IMG/VR virus record: IMGVR_UViG_2739368068_000001
Location: 19,116-83,115 of that record
DNA length: 64,000 nt
Direction: 5' to 3' (one strand)
Source of the DNA: a virus
Lineage: Duplodnaviria; Caudoviricetes
Shown here: positions 54,982-64,000 of the stretch, in pieces
How the letters are laid out: each line of letters begins with the position of its first letter
How positions within the stretch are numbered: the first letter of the stretch is position 1
Position numbers and translations under genes: made by a program
Notes under the pieces: model-generated
Databases searched by the model: none
The model's input: the letters and a program-made list of their open reading frames with translations, nothing else
What the model was told of the DNA's origin: nothing

Positions 54982-55635
54982 GTGAGCACCGACACGAGCA
55001 CCAGCACCGCACCGACGTTCGACCCGACCCGGCTCAACCCCACCGCGCTGGCCGAGGCGGTCGGCCGGTACGGCGACCTGCGGCACCGGGCGGCGTTGGA
55101 GGGCGAGATGGGCAGCCACGCCGAAACGGAACGAATCGAGGCACAGGCCGCCGCCCTGTACGGCCAGATCCGGGCCCTGCTCGGCGACACGATGACCGTC
55201 ACGATCCGCCACCGCGCCGCCGAAGCGCCGTGGGGCGTCGGCCTGACCAGTCCCGCCGTGCGCAAGGTGACGATCTCCGCCTACTGCTGGCAGTGCGGCG
55301 AGCGTCGCGGCGAACCGCGCGGCCGGAACCAGTGCGACGACGGCGCGTACTACTGGACGCAGGTATGGGACAACCCGTGCCGGCACGTCGACAACTACGC
55401 GACCGCCGCCCGGGAGGCCGCCGCGCTCGCCGCCGGCCGGGTCTTCACCAACGAGCCGGAGCCGCCGCCCGTCGTCGACGCGAACGGCGACCCGGTCACC
55501 GTCCCCGAGAGCGTCACGGTGACCGAGGAGATCCGGGCGTTCTTCGCCGGTCGCGTGCCGGCCAAGGGCTGCAAGCACTACATGGCCCAGAGCGAGGCCC
55601 GGGCCGGTTTCAAGACGTGCGAGCGGTGCCGGTGA
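54982..55635 (+). CDS. Zn-finger-containing hypothetical protein
   Basis: VTISAYCWQCG...WDNPCRHVDNY and CKH...CERC motifs. Confidence 0.65.
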   Translation: MSTDTSTSTAPTFDPTRLNPTALAEAVGRYGDLRHRAALEGEMGSHAETERIEAQAAALYGQIRALLGDTMTVTIRHRAAEAPWGVGLTSPAVRKVTISAYCWQCGERRGEPRGRNQCDDGAYYWTQVWDNPCRHVDNYATAAREAAALAAGRVFTNEPEPPPVVDANGDPVTVPESVTVTEEIRAFFAGRVPAKGCKHYMAQSEARAGFKTCERCR

Positions 55636-55718
55636 CCGACCGGACCGCGACGAGCCCCGCCGGCGACGCCGGCGGGGCTCCACCCGTCCCCAACCCCACT
55701 ACAGGAGAGAATCGCCCG

Positions 55719-56081
55719 ATGACGCCAGAAGGAACCACCGACAGCCCGACCGCCGTAGCTGGCCCGTCGATCGAGCAGGTCGACGGCAACCCGATCCGCG
55801 ACAACGGCCCGTACGAGTCGGCCGAGCAGGCCCGCGCCCAGGTCGACGCCGCCCTGTACGGCATCCCCGACAAGTCCCAGTACACCGGCCTGGTCCTGCT
55901 CGAAGCGCTCGCCGTGACGCGCGTACAGCACAGCGACTACGAGCACCAGCAGATCAGCGAGATCGCGCACCGGCTCCCGCCGGAGTTGGTGCAGGTGATC
56001 GCCGGATGGATCATGCGCGCGGCGATCGGCGACGTCCGTGCCACGCCGGCCGCCGACACGGACGGGGGCACCGATGGCTGA
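55719..56081 (+). CDS. Hypothetical protein
   Basis: 120 aa, AGGAG RBS. Confidence 0.6.
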   Translation: MTPEGTTDSPTAVAGPSIEQVDGNPIRDNGPYESAEQARAQVDAALYGIPDKSQYTGLVLLEALAVTRVQHSDYEHQQISEIAHRLPPELVQVIAGWIMRAAIGDVRATPAADTDGGTDG

Positions 56082-56556
56082 CGTCGACGAGCTGATACTG
56101 ACGCAGGACGGCACCAACCCGCACGCCTGGACCGTCGAAGCCGCCCCCGAGCACCCGCACGGGCCGGCCGTGGCAACGATCGAGCTGCGGCCCGTCGGCT
56201 GGAGGATCGGCTTTCGGTTCGACCCGCGCGACCGTCGCCCGACCCACCGGGCGACGCTGCCGGCCGCGACCGACGCGGGGACCGTGTGCGGGTACGCCGT
56301 CGAGCTGGCCGCCGCCGCCGACCTGGATCCCGGCTACGCCGGGTTGCTCGCCACCGCGATGGCCGCTCACCCGGCCCTGGTCGACGTCGTCCGGGCGCAC
56401 GCCCCGTACCGCGACCCGGTGCACGGGATGGTCTGCCGGGGTGACGAGCCCGACGAGCCGACCGACGGTGACGCCGTGTCGTGGCCGTGCCGTACCGCCG
56501 TGGTGCTCGCTACCTCGCTCCGCGTCGGGCTGATCCTGCGGCGGGCCGCCGCGTGA
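56074..56556 (+). CDS. Hypothetical protein
   Basis: 160 aa; HAP...CRG...WPCRT. Confidence 0.6.
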   Translation: MADVDELILTQDGTNPHAWTVEAAPEHPHGPAVATIELRPVGWRIGFRFDPRDRRPTHRATLPAATDAGTVCGYAVELAAAADLDPGYAGLLATAMAAHPALVDVVRAHAPYRDPVHGMVCRGDEPDEPTDGDAVSWPCRTAVVLATSLRVGLILRRAAA

Positions 56557-56927
56557 CCGGGCCGGTGGTGGTGCGGCTCGAAACCAACGCACGCCGGACG
56601 GGGATGACGGTCGAGATCCCCCGGGCCGAGTGGGACAAGATGACGCGCGGGCAGCGGGCCGCGCGTCTCGACGAGTTGGCGAGCCGGCTCGTCGCGGACG
56701 CGGGCGGGTACGGCTGGCACATCGACGACCCCGACGATCTGGACGCCGTCGGGTCGCCGCCGCGCCCGGTCGACGCCGACGCGGTGCTTGCCCTGGTGGA
56801 GCAGTACGGAGACCAGCGGGCCGGCATGGTCCGCGCTGTCATGGGGGGTGACACGGCCAACGGAAATGCGTGTGCGGACCGAGCCGTTGCCTTGTACGCC
56901 GAGATCCGGAAGGCGGTCGGCCGGTGA
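56553..56927 (+). CDS. Hypothetical protein
   Basis: GTGA-coupled, 124 aa. Confidence 0.55.
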   Translation: MTGPVVVRLETNARRTGMTVEIPRAEWDKMTRGQRAARLDELASRLVADAGGYGWHIDDPDDLDAVGSPPRPVDADAVLALVEQYGDQRAGMVRAVMGGDTANGNACADRAVALYAEIRKAVGR

Positions 56928-57355
56928 AGGCCCGGGTGAAGCCGAGCCTCCGGGACGTGTTCGCGGCGTCCAAGCGGATCGGCGCCCGGTTTGCCGACCA
57001 GGCGCACATCAGCTCAAGGTTGGCAGTCACATTGATCGAGGACGCGGTGAAGGACACCTATCCCGATACCCCGTTCCGAGGTGAGGGTCGGCCGGTGCCG
57101 ACGGTCGACGACTGTCTCGACGGACTGACCACCGTCCAGGATGCCCGGGAAGAGATCGACGTCGTGGAACTGCGGATGATGCACCACGCGCGGTACCGGC
57201 TCGGCGCGTCGTGGCAGCGGATCGGTACGGCGCTCGGCTACCCGGCCGCGACGGCGGCGACGGCGGCGGCGGCCCGGTACAGGAAGCTACGCACCGAGAA
57301 TCCAGGCACGAAGCTTGACCCGGGCACTAACCAGGAAGGACACGACCAGCAGTGA
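56924..57355 (+). CDS. Putative HTH DNA-binding protein
   Basis: LGASWQRIGTALGYP helix-turn-helix pattern. Confidence 0.6.
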   Translation: MKARVKPSLRDVFAASKRIGARFADQAHISSRLAVTLIEDAVKDTYPDTPFRGEGRPVPTVDDCLDGLTTVQDAREEIDVVELRMMHHARYRLGASWQRIGTALGYPAATAATAAAARYRKLRTENPGTKLDPGTNQEGHDQQ

Positions 57356-58092
57356 CCACCGACAGCATCCCCCGCCGGCAGTGGTATCGGGTCGTCGACC
57401 GGGAGAACCAGGGATGGCACCCGGTCGGCACCGTCGAGGGGCCGCCCCTGTACGCCGCTGACTACGGGTTCAAGCGCGGACTGCCGAATCGGTCGCTCGA
57501 CGACGTGGAACGGATCCGGGGGCCGATCCGGCCGGTGCTGCCGATCACCGCCGAGGATTCGGCGCTGATCGTCGAGACGTTCGACCGGATCCGCCGGAAG
57601 TCGATCACGACCCTGGCGGCAGCCATCGAACAGGTGTACTACGACGTGCGGGAGTCTGCCGGCGGGCTCGCCGCCCCGGGCTCGTTCGACTACGCCGTAC
57701 GGACCCTGCTCGCCGGCCGCGAGGGCAGTTGGGAGTCGGAGCTACTCAAAGAGGTCATGTACTTCGGTAACAGCCTCAACTTGGCCAAGTCGACGCGTGG
57801 CGCCGAGTCGATCGAGGCCCGGCGGGCGGCCGGGCCGAGTCGGCGCGTCGACGTCGACGGCCGCCGGGTCCTGGCCGACATGCTGACCCGGTGGGTGTCC
57901 GACCCGAATCGGTACACGGAACTCGCCGAGACGCTCGCCGGCGAGGTGTCGGAGTACTGCGACGAGCACGGCGGCTGGTCGGCGGTCGCTGACCAGTGGC
58001 TACAGCCGGGCGGGCTGGCCGTGGAAGACTTCCGGCCCTGCTACCGGCTGTTCTACTCGAAGTCGGCCCACTACAACCCGGACGTAGCATGA
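57352..58092 (+). CDS. Hypothetical protein
   Basis: 246 aa, coupled ORF. Confidence 0.65.
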   Translation: MTTDSIPRRQWYRVVDRENQGWHPVGTVEGPPLYAADYGFKRGLPNRSLDDVERIRGPIRPVLPITAEDSALIVETFDRIRRKSITTLAAAIEQVYYDVRESAGGLAAPGSFDYAVRTLLAGREGSWESELLKEVMYFGNSLNLAKSTRGAESIEARRAAGPSRRVDVDGRRVLADMLTRWVSDPNRYTELAETLAGEVSEYCDEHGGWSAVADQWLQPGGLAVEDFRPCYRLFYSKSAHYNPDVA

Positions 58093-58580
58093 CCAGCGCG
58101 GCGGAGGGCACCGGCCGGCCGCCGGTGAACGCGGGCCGGCTCGACGACGTGCCGGGGTTGCGCGACGTGCTGGCCAGCATCCGGGCCGAGCAAGGCGCGC
58201 TGGCGGAAGCGGCCTACATGCTCGGTGTCGTCCGTGCCGCGATCTTCCTGGAAGACGGGCCGGCTGAGGAACGGCTCGCCCGGGCCCGCCGTCTGTTCGA
58301 GGCGCACATGGCGGCCGGGCTCGCCGACGAGCACGGCGCGTTCAGCCTGTGTCAGGTCGACCAGTGCGGGCGTTGCTCGGAGGCGATGCGGGCGGTCGAC
58401 CTGGAGTGGACGGCCGGCCTCAGCGCCCAGGGCGTCGACCTGCACCCGGTCGCCGACATGACGCCGGCGGAACGGGCCGAGCACGACAAGGCGCAGGAGG
58501 CGGCCGACATGGCGGCCGAGCACCTCGCGGCGGCCGGCGGCCCGGATCCGGACTACGGCCGGGACCTGGACGATGACTGA
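58089..58580 (+). CDS. Hypothetical protein
   Basis: 163 aa, coupled ORF. Confidence 0.55.
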   Translation: MTSAAEGTGRPPVNAGRLDDVPGLRDVLASIRAEQGALAEAAYMLGVVRAAIFLEDGPAEERLARARRLFEAHMAAGLADEHGAFSLCQVDQCGRCSEAMRAVDLEWTAGLSAQGVDLHPVADMTPAERAEHDKAQEAADMAAEHLAAAGGPDPDYGRDLDDD

Positions 58581-58896
58581 CGTCGCCCCCGCACCCGGCC
58601 GGATCGCGATGGTGCTCGACGCGAGCGGGTTGGAAACGGCGGACGTTGCTCGCGCGTGCGCCGTGCCAGAGTCGACGGTGGCCGAGTGGCGGGTCGGGGT
58701 CCGCCAGCCGACATCAGGCCAGTTGGAAGCGGTCGCCCGGCTCGCCGGAGTGACCACCGAGTTTCTACAGTGGCCCGATCCCGACCCACCGGCGTTGATC
58801 TTCGTGTGTCGGCGCGGCCGGGGGTGCGAGATCATCGACACCCGGCCGGCGGAGGTCGAGCAGCTATCGCTGTTCGGGCCGGGGGTGGCGTTGTGA
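58573..58896 (+). CDS. XRE-family HTH protein
   Basis: GLETADVARACAVPESTVAEWRVGVRQPTSGQLEAVARLAGV. Confidence 0.75.
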   Translation: MTDVAPAPGRIAMVLDASGLETADVARACAVPESTVAEWRVGVRQPTSGQLEAVARLAGVTTEFLQWPDPDPPALIFVCRRGRGCEIIDTRPAEVEQLSLFGPGVAL

Positions 58897-59933
58897 CCGT
58901 CGCCCCGCTCGCCGGCGAGCTGCTGCCCGCCGCCGGCGGCGGCCTGGCGGTCGCCGACGAGATCCGGGCGGCGCTCGTCGACGTCGCCGGCGACGCCCGG
59001 ATTCGGCGGCTGGTCGCTGACTGGCTGTTCGCTGTCGCCCGGGACTCCCGGCACACCCGGGCGGCGTACGTCGGCGACATCCGGCTGTGGCTCGACTTCT
59101 GCGACCGGGCCGGTATCGACCCGTTGCAGGCCCGGAAGGCGCACACTGACGCGTGGATCGCCTACTTGCAAGGCACGCCGTCGCCGCGGACCGGGCGGCG
59201 GCCGAAGCCGGCGACGGTGGCGCGGCGGGTCGCGACGGTCGCGAGTTGGTACACGTACCTGCTCGATGAGGACCACGTCGCGGCGGTGCCGGTCCGGAAG
59301 CAGGGCCGGCCGCAGGCGCCCAGGGAGTCGCCGACGGTCGGCCTGTCCCGCGACGAGGTGACCGCGCTGCTGCGGCGGCTGCGGATCGAGTCGGTGCGTG
59401 ACCGGGCGGTCGTGCGGGCCCTGGTCTACCAGGGGTTGCGGGCCGACGAGCTGGCCGGGCTCGACGTCGGCGACGTCCGCTGGCAAACCGGCCGGGTCAC
59501 GTGGACGGTGCGCGGCAAGGGCGGCCGGGAGCGGACAACCGCGCTGTACGCGCCGGTCGTCGAGGCGGTCGACGAGCTGCTGTGCGAGCGGGCGGCGGCG
59601 GCCGGCGTCGACGCGGGCGACCTGCCGCAGGATGCGCCGCTGTTCGAGCGGGTCGGCGGCGGCCGGTACACGGATGGGCAGCTTGCGCGGATCGTTCGGC
59701 GGGTGGCCCGGGCGGCCGGGGTCCGGTCGTGGGCGGACCTGTCGCCGCACTCGCTCCGGCACACGTGCGTAACGATGCTGCTCGACGCGGGGGCGCCGGT
59801 CGCCGACGTCGCCGACCTGGTGGGGCATCTGTCGCTGGAGACGACCCAGCGGTACGACCGGGCGCGGGGGTCGCTGGCCCGGTCGGCGCGGACGGTGCAC
59901 GCGCTCGGAGCGTGGATCGACCCCGACGGCTAG
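58893..59933 (+). CDS. Tyrosine recombinase (XerC/integrase family)
   Basis: GLRADEL (R), VRGKGG (K), PHSLRH (HxxR), VGH (H), TQRYD (Y); SAM-like N-domain. Confidence 0.93.
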   Translation: MTVAPLAGELLPAAGGGLAVADEIRAALVDVAGDARIRRLVADWLFAVARDSRHTRAAYVGDIRLWLDFCDRAGIDPLQARKAHTDAWIAYLQGTPSPRTGRRPKPATVARRVATVASWYTYLLDEDHVAAVPVRKQGRPQAPRESPTVGLSRDEVTALLRRLRIESVRDRAVVRALVYQGLRADELAGLDVGDVRWQTGRVTWTVRGKGGRERTTALYAPVVEAVDELLCERAAAAGVDAGDLPQDAPLFERVGGGRYTDGQLARIVRRVARAAGVRSWADLSPHSLRHTCVTMLLDAGAPVADVADLVGHLSLETTQRYDRARGSLARSARTVHALGAWIDPDG

Positions 59934-60154
59934 TCGGGGTGGTGTTCAGCGGGCCGGCTCGGGGTTGTCCTCGGTGCCGGCCCGTGCTGTTGCCCTGTAC
60001 GGTCATCGGCGTGGACGAGCGGCAGCGGTACGCGATCGCGCATCCGGTGACGGACCCGATGACGATGCTGCGGGATCCCCGGCTGTACCGGTGGCGGCGA
60101 CACGCCCGGGGCTACCTGATCCGGTCTGCCGTCACGGTCGATCGTTGAGCCCGG

Positions 60155-60433
60155 TTGAATGATGGGCTGCCGGTCTGGCACGCCTCCGTTTCACTCTGGT
60201 CGGCCGACCGTGGCCGCATGCTCGACATGTCCGGGCCCGCCGAGCGGGAAGCGGTGCGGCTTCTCGCCGGCGTCGGTGGCGACACCGAGTGGTGGTTGTG
60301 GTCGGCCGGGATGATCGGGCATCTGCGGGTGCCGCTGCTGGCCGACGAGGCCGACCAGGTGGTGCCAGAGTTGGTGATCGCGGACGCCGGCGACAGTGGT
60401 CCGCGTCGGCCGCGTACCCGGCTGGCCCGGTAG
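60155..60433 (+). CDS. Hypothetical protein
   Basis: 92 aa; VWHASVS...LAGVG...HLRVPL. Confidence 0.55.
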   Translation: MNDGLPVWHASVSLWSADRGRMLDMSGPAEREAVRLLAGVGGDTEWWLWSAGMIGHLRVPLLADEADQVVPELVIADAGDSGPRRPRTRLAR

Positions 60434-60507
60434 GGTGAACGCTCGCCGGGCCGGGGCTGCGACCGCCCGCAGCACCTCGCAGCCCTGCCCGGTCCAGCGT
60501 CGGAGGT

Positions 60508-60882
60508 TCAGACGGGGCGGGCCAGGGACCGGCACCCAACGATCGTGCCTTCCGGGTTTCGGATCTCCTTGTACGGCACGAGCAGGTCGCCGCGTTCCGG
60601 GGCCATCGCGAGCGCCAGAGCGAGTGACACGACGTACCAGACCTCACGGTCGCGGCTGTCTCGGGGCCCGGCGTACGGCGGTAGCCCGACGGTCCGGGTG
60701 TACTCGACGTGCTCGACCGTCACGCCGTCGACGAACCCGGTTCCGACCTGAATCTCTCCGATGCGTGCCACCGTGCCGGATGGCTCGATGACCGTCGTCG
60801 GCTGGTGGTCGCCGACGGTGATCCGGTCGGGGACGTCCCAGCCGTAAAGCCGGATCGGATGGGGGGTCAGGTTGACGATCAT
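60508..60882 (-). CDS. Small 'NLTPH' family viral protein
   Basis: MIVNLTPH...YVVS...RGDLLVP...RNPEGTIVGC. Confidence 0.7.
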   Translation of the reverse strand: MIVNLTPHPIRLYGWDVPDRITVGDHQPTTVIEPSGTVARIGEIQVGTGFVDGVTVEHVEYTRTVGLPPYAGPRDSRDREVWYVVSLALALAMAPERGDLLVPYKEIRNPEGTIVGCRSLARPV

Positions 60883-61346
60883 GGGGGCCCTTCTGCGGCG
60901 GTGATGGCGAGCTGCTCCGGTGGTGGCCAGTACGGGGCGACGAACGCGTACGCCTCGTGCGCGTCGGTGAGTCCGGCCCGGGACGGGTGCGGATCCCAGA
61001 CGGTGCGCAGGTCGCGAGCGTCGGCGACGACGACGTGCGGCACACGCCGTGGTGACGGGCCGCGTAGCAGGACCAGGCCGCCGACGTCGGACGGGTCGGC
61101 GAGCGCGTACCGAATGCTGCCGGCGACGACCGGGACGACAGCCCAGTCGGAGTCGTCGGCGCGGGCCCACCGGCGCATCGCGTCCCACCATCGGCGGCCG
61201 TGCATGGCGAAGTGCGGCACCGATTCGTACGGGCGGTCGAGCAGGGACGCGACGGCGGCTCGGAGGCAGTCGCCGGGTACGCCGTGGCGGTCTGCGCCGT
61301 CGCCGCGTCGGGGGCATGCGGTGATTCGTTGCGTGACGGGTCTCAT
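60879..61346 (-). CDS. Hypothetical protein, possible papain/C39-like fold
   Basis: GDCLRAAVASLL...VPHF...HVVV...WDPHP. Confidence 0.6.
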   Translation of the reverse strand: MRPVTQRITACPRRGDGADRHGVPGDCLRAAVASLLDRPYESVPHFAMHGRRWWDAMRRWARADDSDWAVVPVVAGSIRYALADPSDVGGLVLLRGPSPRRVPHVVVADARDLRTVWDPHPSRAGLTDAHEAYAFVAPYWPPPEQLAITAAEGPP

Positions 61347-61478
61347 CGGCACAGCACCAGAGGTAAGCCCTTTCCCGTGGTGTCGGCGGTTACGCGTGCG
61401 ATGATCCGGTAACCTGCCGATCACCCATCGCCCCCGCTGAATCTGAAAAAATCGTCACGTTAGGCGTCCCTCCCCCGC

Positions 61479-62066
61479 ATGACTGCCGCGATCGACACCC
61501 GACTCATTGACCGCGCCGCCGCCTGCGACCCAGCCGCCGTCGCCGACCTACTCGCCCGGCTACGGCCCGACGTCGTCCGGTACTGCCGGGCCAGACTCGG
61601 CCAGCACGACAGCAGTTGGCAGAACGCCGACGACGTGGCGCAAGAGGTATGCCTCGCACTGCTGTCCGCGCTGCCTCGCTACCGGGCGGACGGCGGCGAG
61701 CCGTTCGGGGCGTGGGTGTACGCGATCGCGAAAGCCAAGATCGCCGACGCGTGGCGGGCCGCCGGACGTGACTCCCGGCTCGTCGCCGCTAGCAGCCTGG
61801 CTGATGCGCCAGACCAGCGCCCCGGGCCGGAACAGGAGACGCTGCGGGCCGAGACTGTGACCCGGCTCGGTCGGCTTCTGGCCAAGCTTCCACCGGTCCA
61901 ACGCGAGATCATCGTTTTGCGGATCGCGGTCGGGTTGTCGGCCGAGCAGGTCGGCCGGGCGTTGGGGATGACGGCGCCGGCGGTGCGGGTGGCGCAGTCG
62001 CGCGCGCTCGGTCGACTCCGTACGCTGGCCGTGGCGGGTAACTCCCTAGACGGGACGGCGGGATGA
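61479..62066 (+). CDS. ECF sigma factor, SigD/ShbA-like
   Basis: VVRYCRARLG, ADDVAQEVCLALLSALPRY, AWVYAIAKAKIAD, REIIVLRIAVGLSAEQ..VRVAQSRAL. Confidence 0.9.
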   Translation: MTAAIDTRLIDRAAACDPAAVADLLARLRPDVVRYCRARLGQHDSSWQNADDVAQEVCLALLSALPRYRADGGEPFGAWVYAIAKAKIADAWRAAGRDSRLVAASSLADAPDQRPGPEQETLRAETVTRLGRLLAKLPPVQREIIVLRIAVGLSAEQVGRALGMTAPAVRVAQSRALGRLRTLAVAGNSLDGTAG

Positions 62067-62854
62067 CAGGGCCGATGGACCCGATTGACGGGTCTCATGT
62101 GGACCTGAGCACGATCACCGATGATGAGCGGCTACTCGACCGGCTGGCCGGTGGCGGTTCCCCGCCGGCCGGTGACGAGCTGGCCGCGATGCTCGCCGAG
62201 TTCCGCGACGCCGTCCGTGACGTCGACGAGCCGGCACCGCTCGTCGACGTCGTGCCGGCGCCCCGGTGGCCGAGGTGGCGGCATCACCTCGCGATGGCGT
62301 GCACGCTCGGCATGGTCGTGGCCGGAACGACGGTGACCGTAGCCGATGGCGGGCCGGAAAGCCCGCTCTGGCCGTTCACCCGCGTAGTCTCCACCACCAG
62401 CGACGAGATCAGCGACGCTGAGACCGCGATCACGGCGGCCCGGGCCGCGATCGCGGCCGGCCGGTACGACGAGGCGACACGGCACCTCGACCAGGCGGTG
62501 CAGCACATCGAGCGGGTACGTGATCCGGACGTCGCCCGGCGGCTGCTGGTCGACGTCGACGCGGTGCGGCGGACGCTACCCCGGGTGCAGCGGACAACGC
62601 CGCTGACCCGGCCACCGGACGATCCCGACGGGGTGCGGCCGTCGGCTAGCCCGCCGGCTACTCCGCCGACGCCGACGCCGACGCTTCAGCCGTCTCGGCC
62701 GCTGTCGGAGCCGTCGGGTACGACGAGCAGCCCGGGCAGTGTCCGCCCTACCCTGCTGCCGGACCTGCCGCTGCCGGACCTGTCGGACCTGCTGCCGCTG
62801 CCTGATGGGCTCGACGTGCCGCTACTGCCCGGCCTGTCCGTCCGGGGCCGGTAG
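62063..62854 (+). CDS. Membrane anti-sigma factor, RsdA-like
   Basis: ATGA-coupled; DDERLLDRL...DELAAMLAEFR N-domain, TM helix, PESPLWP, Pro-rich tail. Confidence 0.8.
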   Translation: MTGPMDPIDGSHVDLSTITDDERLLDRLAGGGSPPAGDELAAMLAEFRDAVRDVDEPAPLVDVVPAPRWPRWRHHLAMACTLGMVVAGTTVTVADGGPESPLWPFTRVVSTTSDEISDAETAITAARAAIAAGRYDEATRHLDQAVQHIERVRDPDVARRLLVDVDAVRRTLPRVQRTTPLTRPPDDPDGVRPSASPPATPPTPTPTLQPSRPLSEPSGTTSSPGSVRPTLLPDLPLPDLSDLLPLPDGLDVPLLPGLSVRGR

Positions 62855-63256
62855 CCGAACGAGCCGGGCACGCCAGCGGACGACGTCGGCGAGGAGAGTC
62901 CCGCCGGCGACGGCGGTTACGACCAGCACCACGGCGGCGGCGACCGCGAGCCACCACGGCCCGCCGTCGAACACCGCCCACAGGCCGGCGGCGGCGTACA
63001 CGATGCCGGGCAGGCCGAGCAGCGCCACGGCGTACCGGGCGAGTCGAGCCGGCCGGGTCGCGTCGAGCATGGCGGCGGCTTGGTCCGCGGCGATGTACGG
63101 TGCGGCGGCGGTGACAGCGACACCGGCCGCGAGGGGCGGTGACAGCGTCGTCACCACCCCGCCCTCTATCCATAGCCGGTGCTGGTTCAGGGCCCGCTCG
63201 GCGGCGGTATAGCCGGCGTCTGGCGGTCCGAGGTTCACGGGTGCGGCCAGTGCCAC
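62822..63256 (-). CDS. Membrane protein
   Basis: 144 aa, three hydrophobic segments. Confidence 0.55.
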   Translation of the reverse strand: MALAAPVNLGPPDAGYTAAERALNQHRLWIEGGVVTTLSPPLAAGVAVTAAAPYIAADQAAAMLDATRPARLARYAVALLGLPGIVYAAAGLWAVFDGGPWWLAVAAAVVLVVTAVAGGTLLADVVRWRARLVRLPAPDGQAGQ

Positions 63257-63678
63257 GTACCGGGCGCCCGGTCGGCGGAGTACGGAACGCTGTTGAAGAA
63301 CATGCCGGACGGGTTGAAGACGACCAGCGAGGCGGGTTGCCGCGCTCCCGCTTCCGTGATCTTGGCGGCTCGGCAGGTTGACGGGTACTCACCCGCCGGG
63401 GTGCCGTACGCGACATAGTGGACGTCGGCGCCGATGTACGGGTCTGGATTGTGCGCGGCGACGGCGGGCGTGGGCCGGGCGGTGTACTGGTCGCGGAACT
63501 CGGCCGCGCGGGCCTGCCAGTCGGGGTGCTGCTGGGACCAGTCGCCGCCGCTGACGTTGGCGATGAGTACCCACGCCTGGTCGAGCAGGTCGCCCGGGCT
63601 GGTCGGCGGCATCTGGAAACGGGTCGTGTCGTGCGGATCGGCGACCCGGGCCGCGTCGACGTCGGGGGTTTCGGACAT
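63235..63678 (-). CDS. Hypothetical phage protein
   Basis: DVHYVAYGTP..CRAAKITE..LVVFNPSG..GTWHWP. Confidence 0.65.
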   Translation of the reverse strand: MSETPDVDAARVADPHDTTRFQMPPTSPGDLLDQAWVLIANVSGGDWSQQHPDWQARAAEFRDQYTARPTPAVAAHNPDPYIGADVHYVAYGTPAGEYPSTCRAAKITEAGARQPASLVVFNPSGMFFNSVPYSADRAPGTWHWPHP

Positions 63679-63745
63679 GGCGGGTGTCCTTCCTGGTGCG
63701 GGGGTGGTGGCGGCTGGCCCCGGGGAGTTGTCGGGGCCAGCCGGG

Positions 63746-63964
63746 TCAGTTGTCCGCCGGTGGTGCCAGCGGGGCGTTACGGGCGATGTCGAGCGCCAGG
63801 TGGCGCCACTCGGCGGCGACCACGACGAGCGCGCCGCAGATCTCCGGCGCCTCCACGATGGCCGCAGCCTTGTGCAGGGTCGCGACGGCCTGCCGTACGC
63901 AGTACCGGGCGTCGACGTGCGCCGGCTCGGCGGCCGGGGCGGTCTGGTCGGTTGCGCTGCTCAC
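63746..63964 (-). CDS. Small hypothetical protein
   Basis: 72-aa helical ORF. Confidence 0.5.
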   Translation of the reverse strand: MSSATDQTAPAAEPAHVDARYCVRQAVATLHKAAAIVEAPEICGALVVVAAEWRHLALDIARNAPLAPPADN

Positions 63965-64000
63965 GCCGCAAGATCGAACATGTAGGGCCTCCAGGCCGAC

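Larger units (their letters stand above)
1..64000. mobile_element. Temperate actinobacterial siphovirus (prophage or phage-plasmid), ends not in window
   Basis: Ordered portal-capsid-tail-lysis module, phage recombination/replication genes, ParA, tyrosine recombinase; no host housekeeping genes seen. Confidence 0.93.

Noticed and set aside
58071-59900. 609-aa minus-strand ORF and other long overlapping ORFs (e.g. 12703-14772, 20690-22750, 54064-55683)
   Set aside because: Arg/Pro/Gly-rich shadow frames of real genes, expected in high-GC DNA.
58893-59933. Prophage boundary at the recombinase
   Set aside because: Phage-type genes continue on both sides; no att repeat or tRNA gene was seen nearby.
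1-64000. tRNA, rRNA or IS elements
   Set aside because: No cloverleaf, rRNA-like sequence or transposase was recognised by eye; a tRNAscan/ISEScan run would be needed to exclude them formally.

Overview
The whole window is a temperate siphovirus of a high-GC actinomycete, either a prophage or a phage-plasmid; no host genes or att ends are recognisable. Left (1-16.8 kb): ParA plus partner, an RHH gene and replication initiator with an iteron array inside the initiator gene, an AAA recombinase, a YqaJ exonuclease, a RusA-like resolvase and small early genes. Centre (47.9 to 16.9 kb, minus strand): a near-complete virion and lysis module (portal, minor capsid, scaffold, P22-like capsid, head-tail genes, tail tube, chaperone with -1 frameshift, tape measure with NlpC/P60, Dit, minor tails, beta-helix spike, amidase, holin). 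No terminase is visible in the window. Right (47.8-64 kb): accessory and early genes, a secreted metzincin/lipoprotein pair, a tyrosine recombinase and a SigD/ShbA-like sigma with an RsdA-like anti-sigma. Two observations stand out. (1) Three tandem head-module genes share a Cys/His-rich N-terminal leader (HSxxCAxAxxxxCxCxCxGxMHGI) on unrelated C-termini, two of them followed by small partner genes, which suggests a leader-addressed polymorphic virion cargo system. (2) A 31-bp palindrome (14-3-14) occurs at ten sites plus one half-site, and in each a half-site carries a -35 box exactly 17 bp from a TAnnnT -10 box. All family assignments come from motif recognition by eye; no database searches were run.
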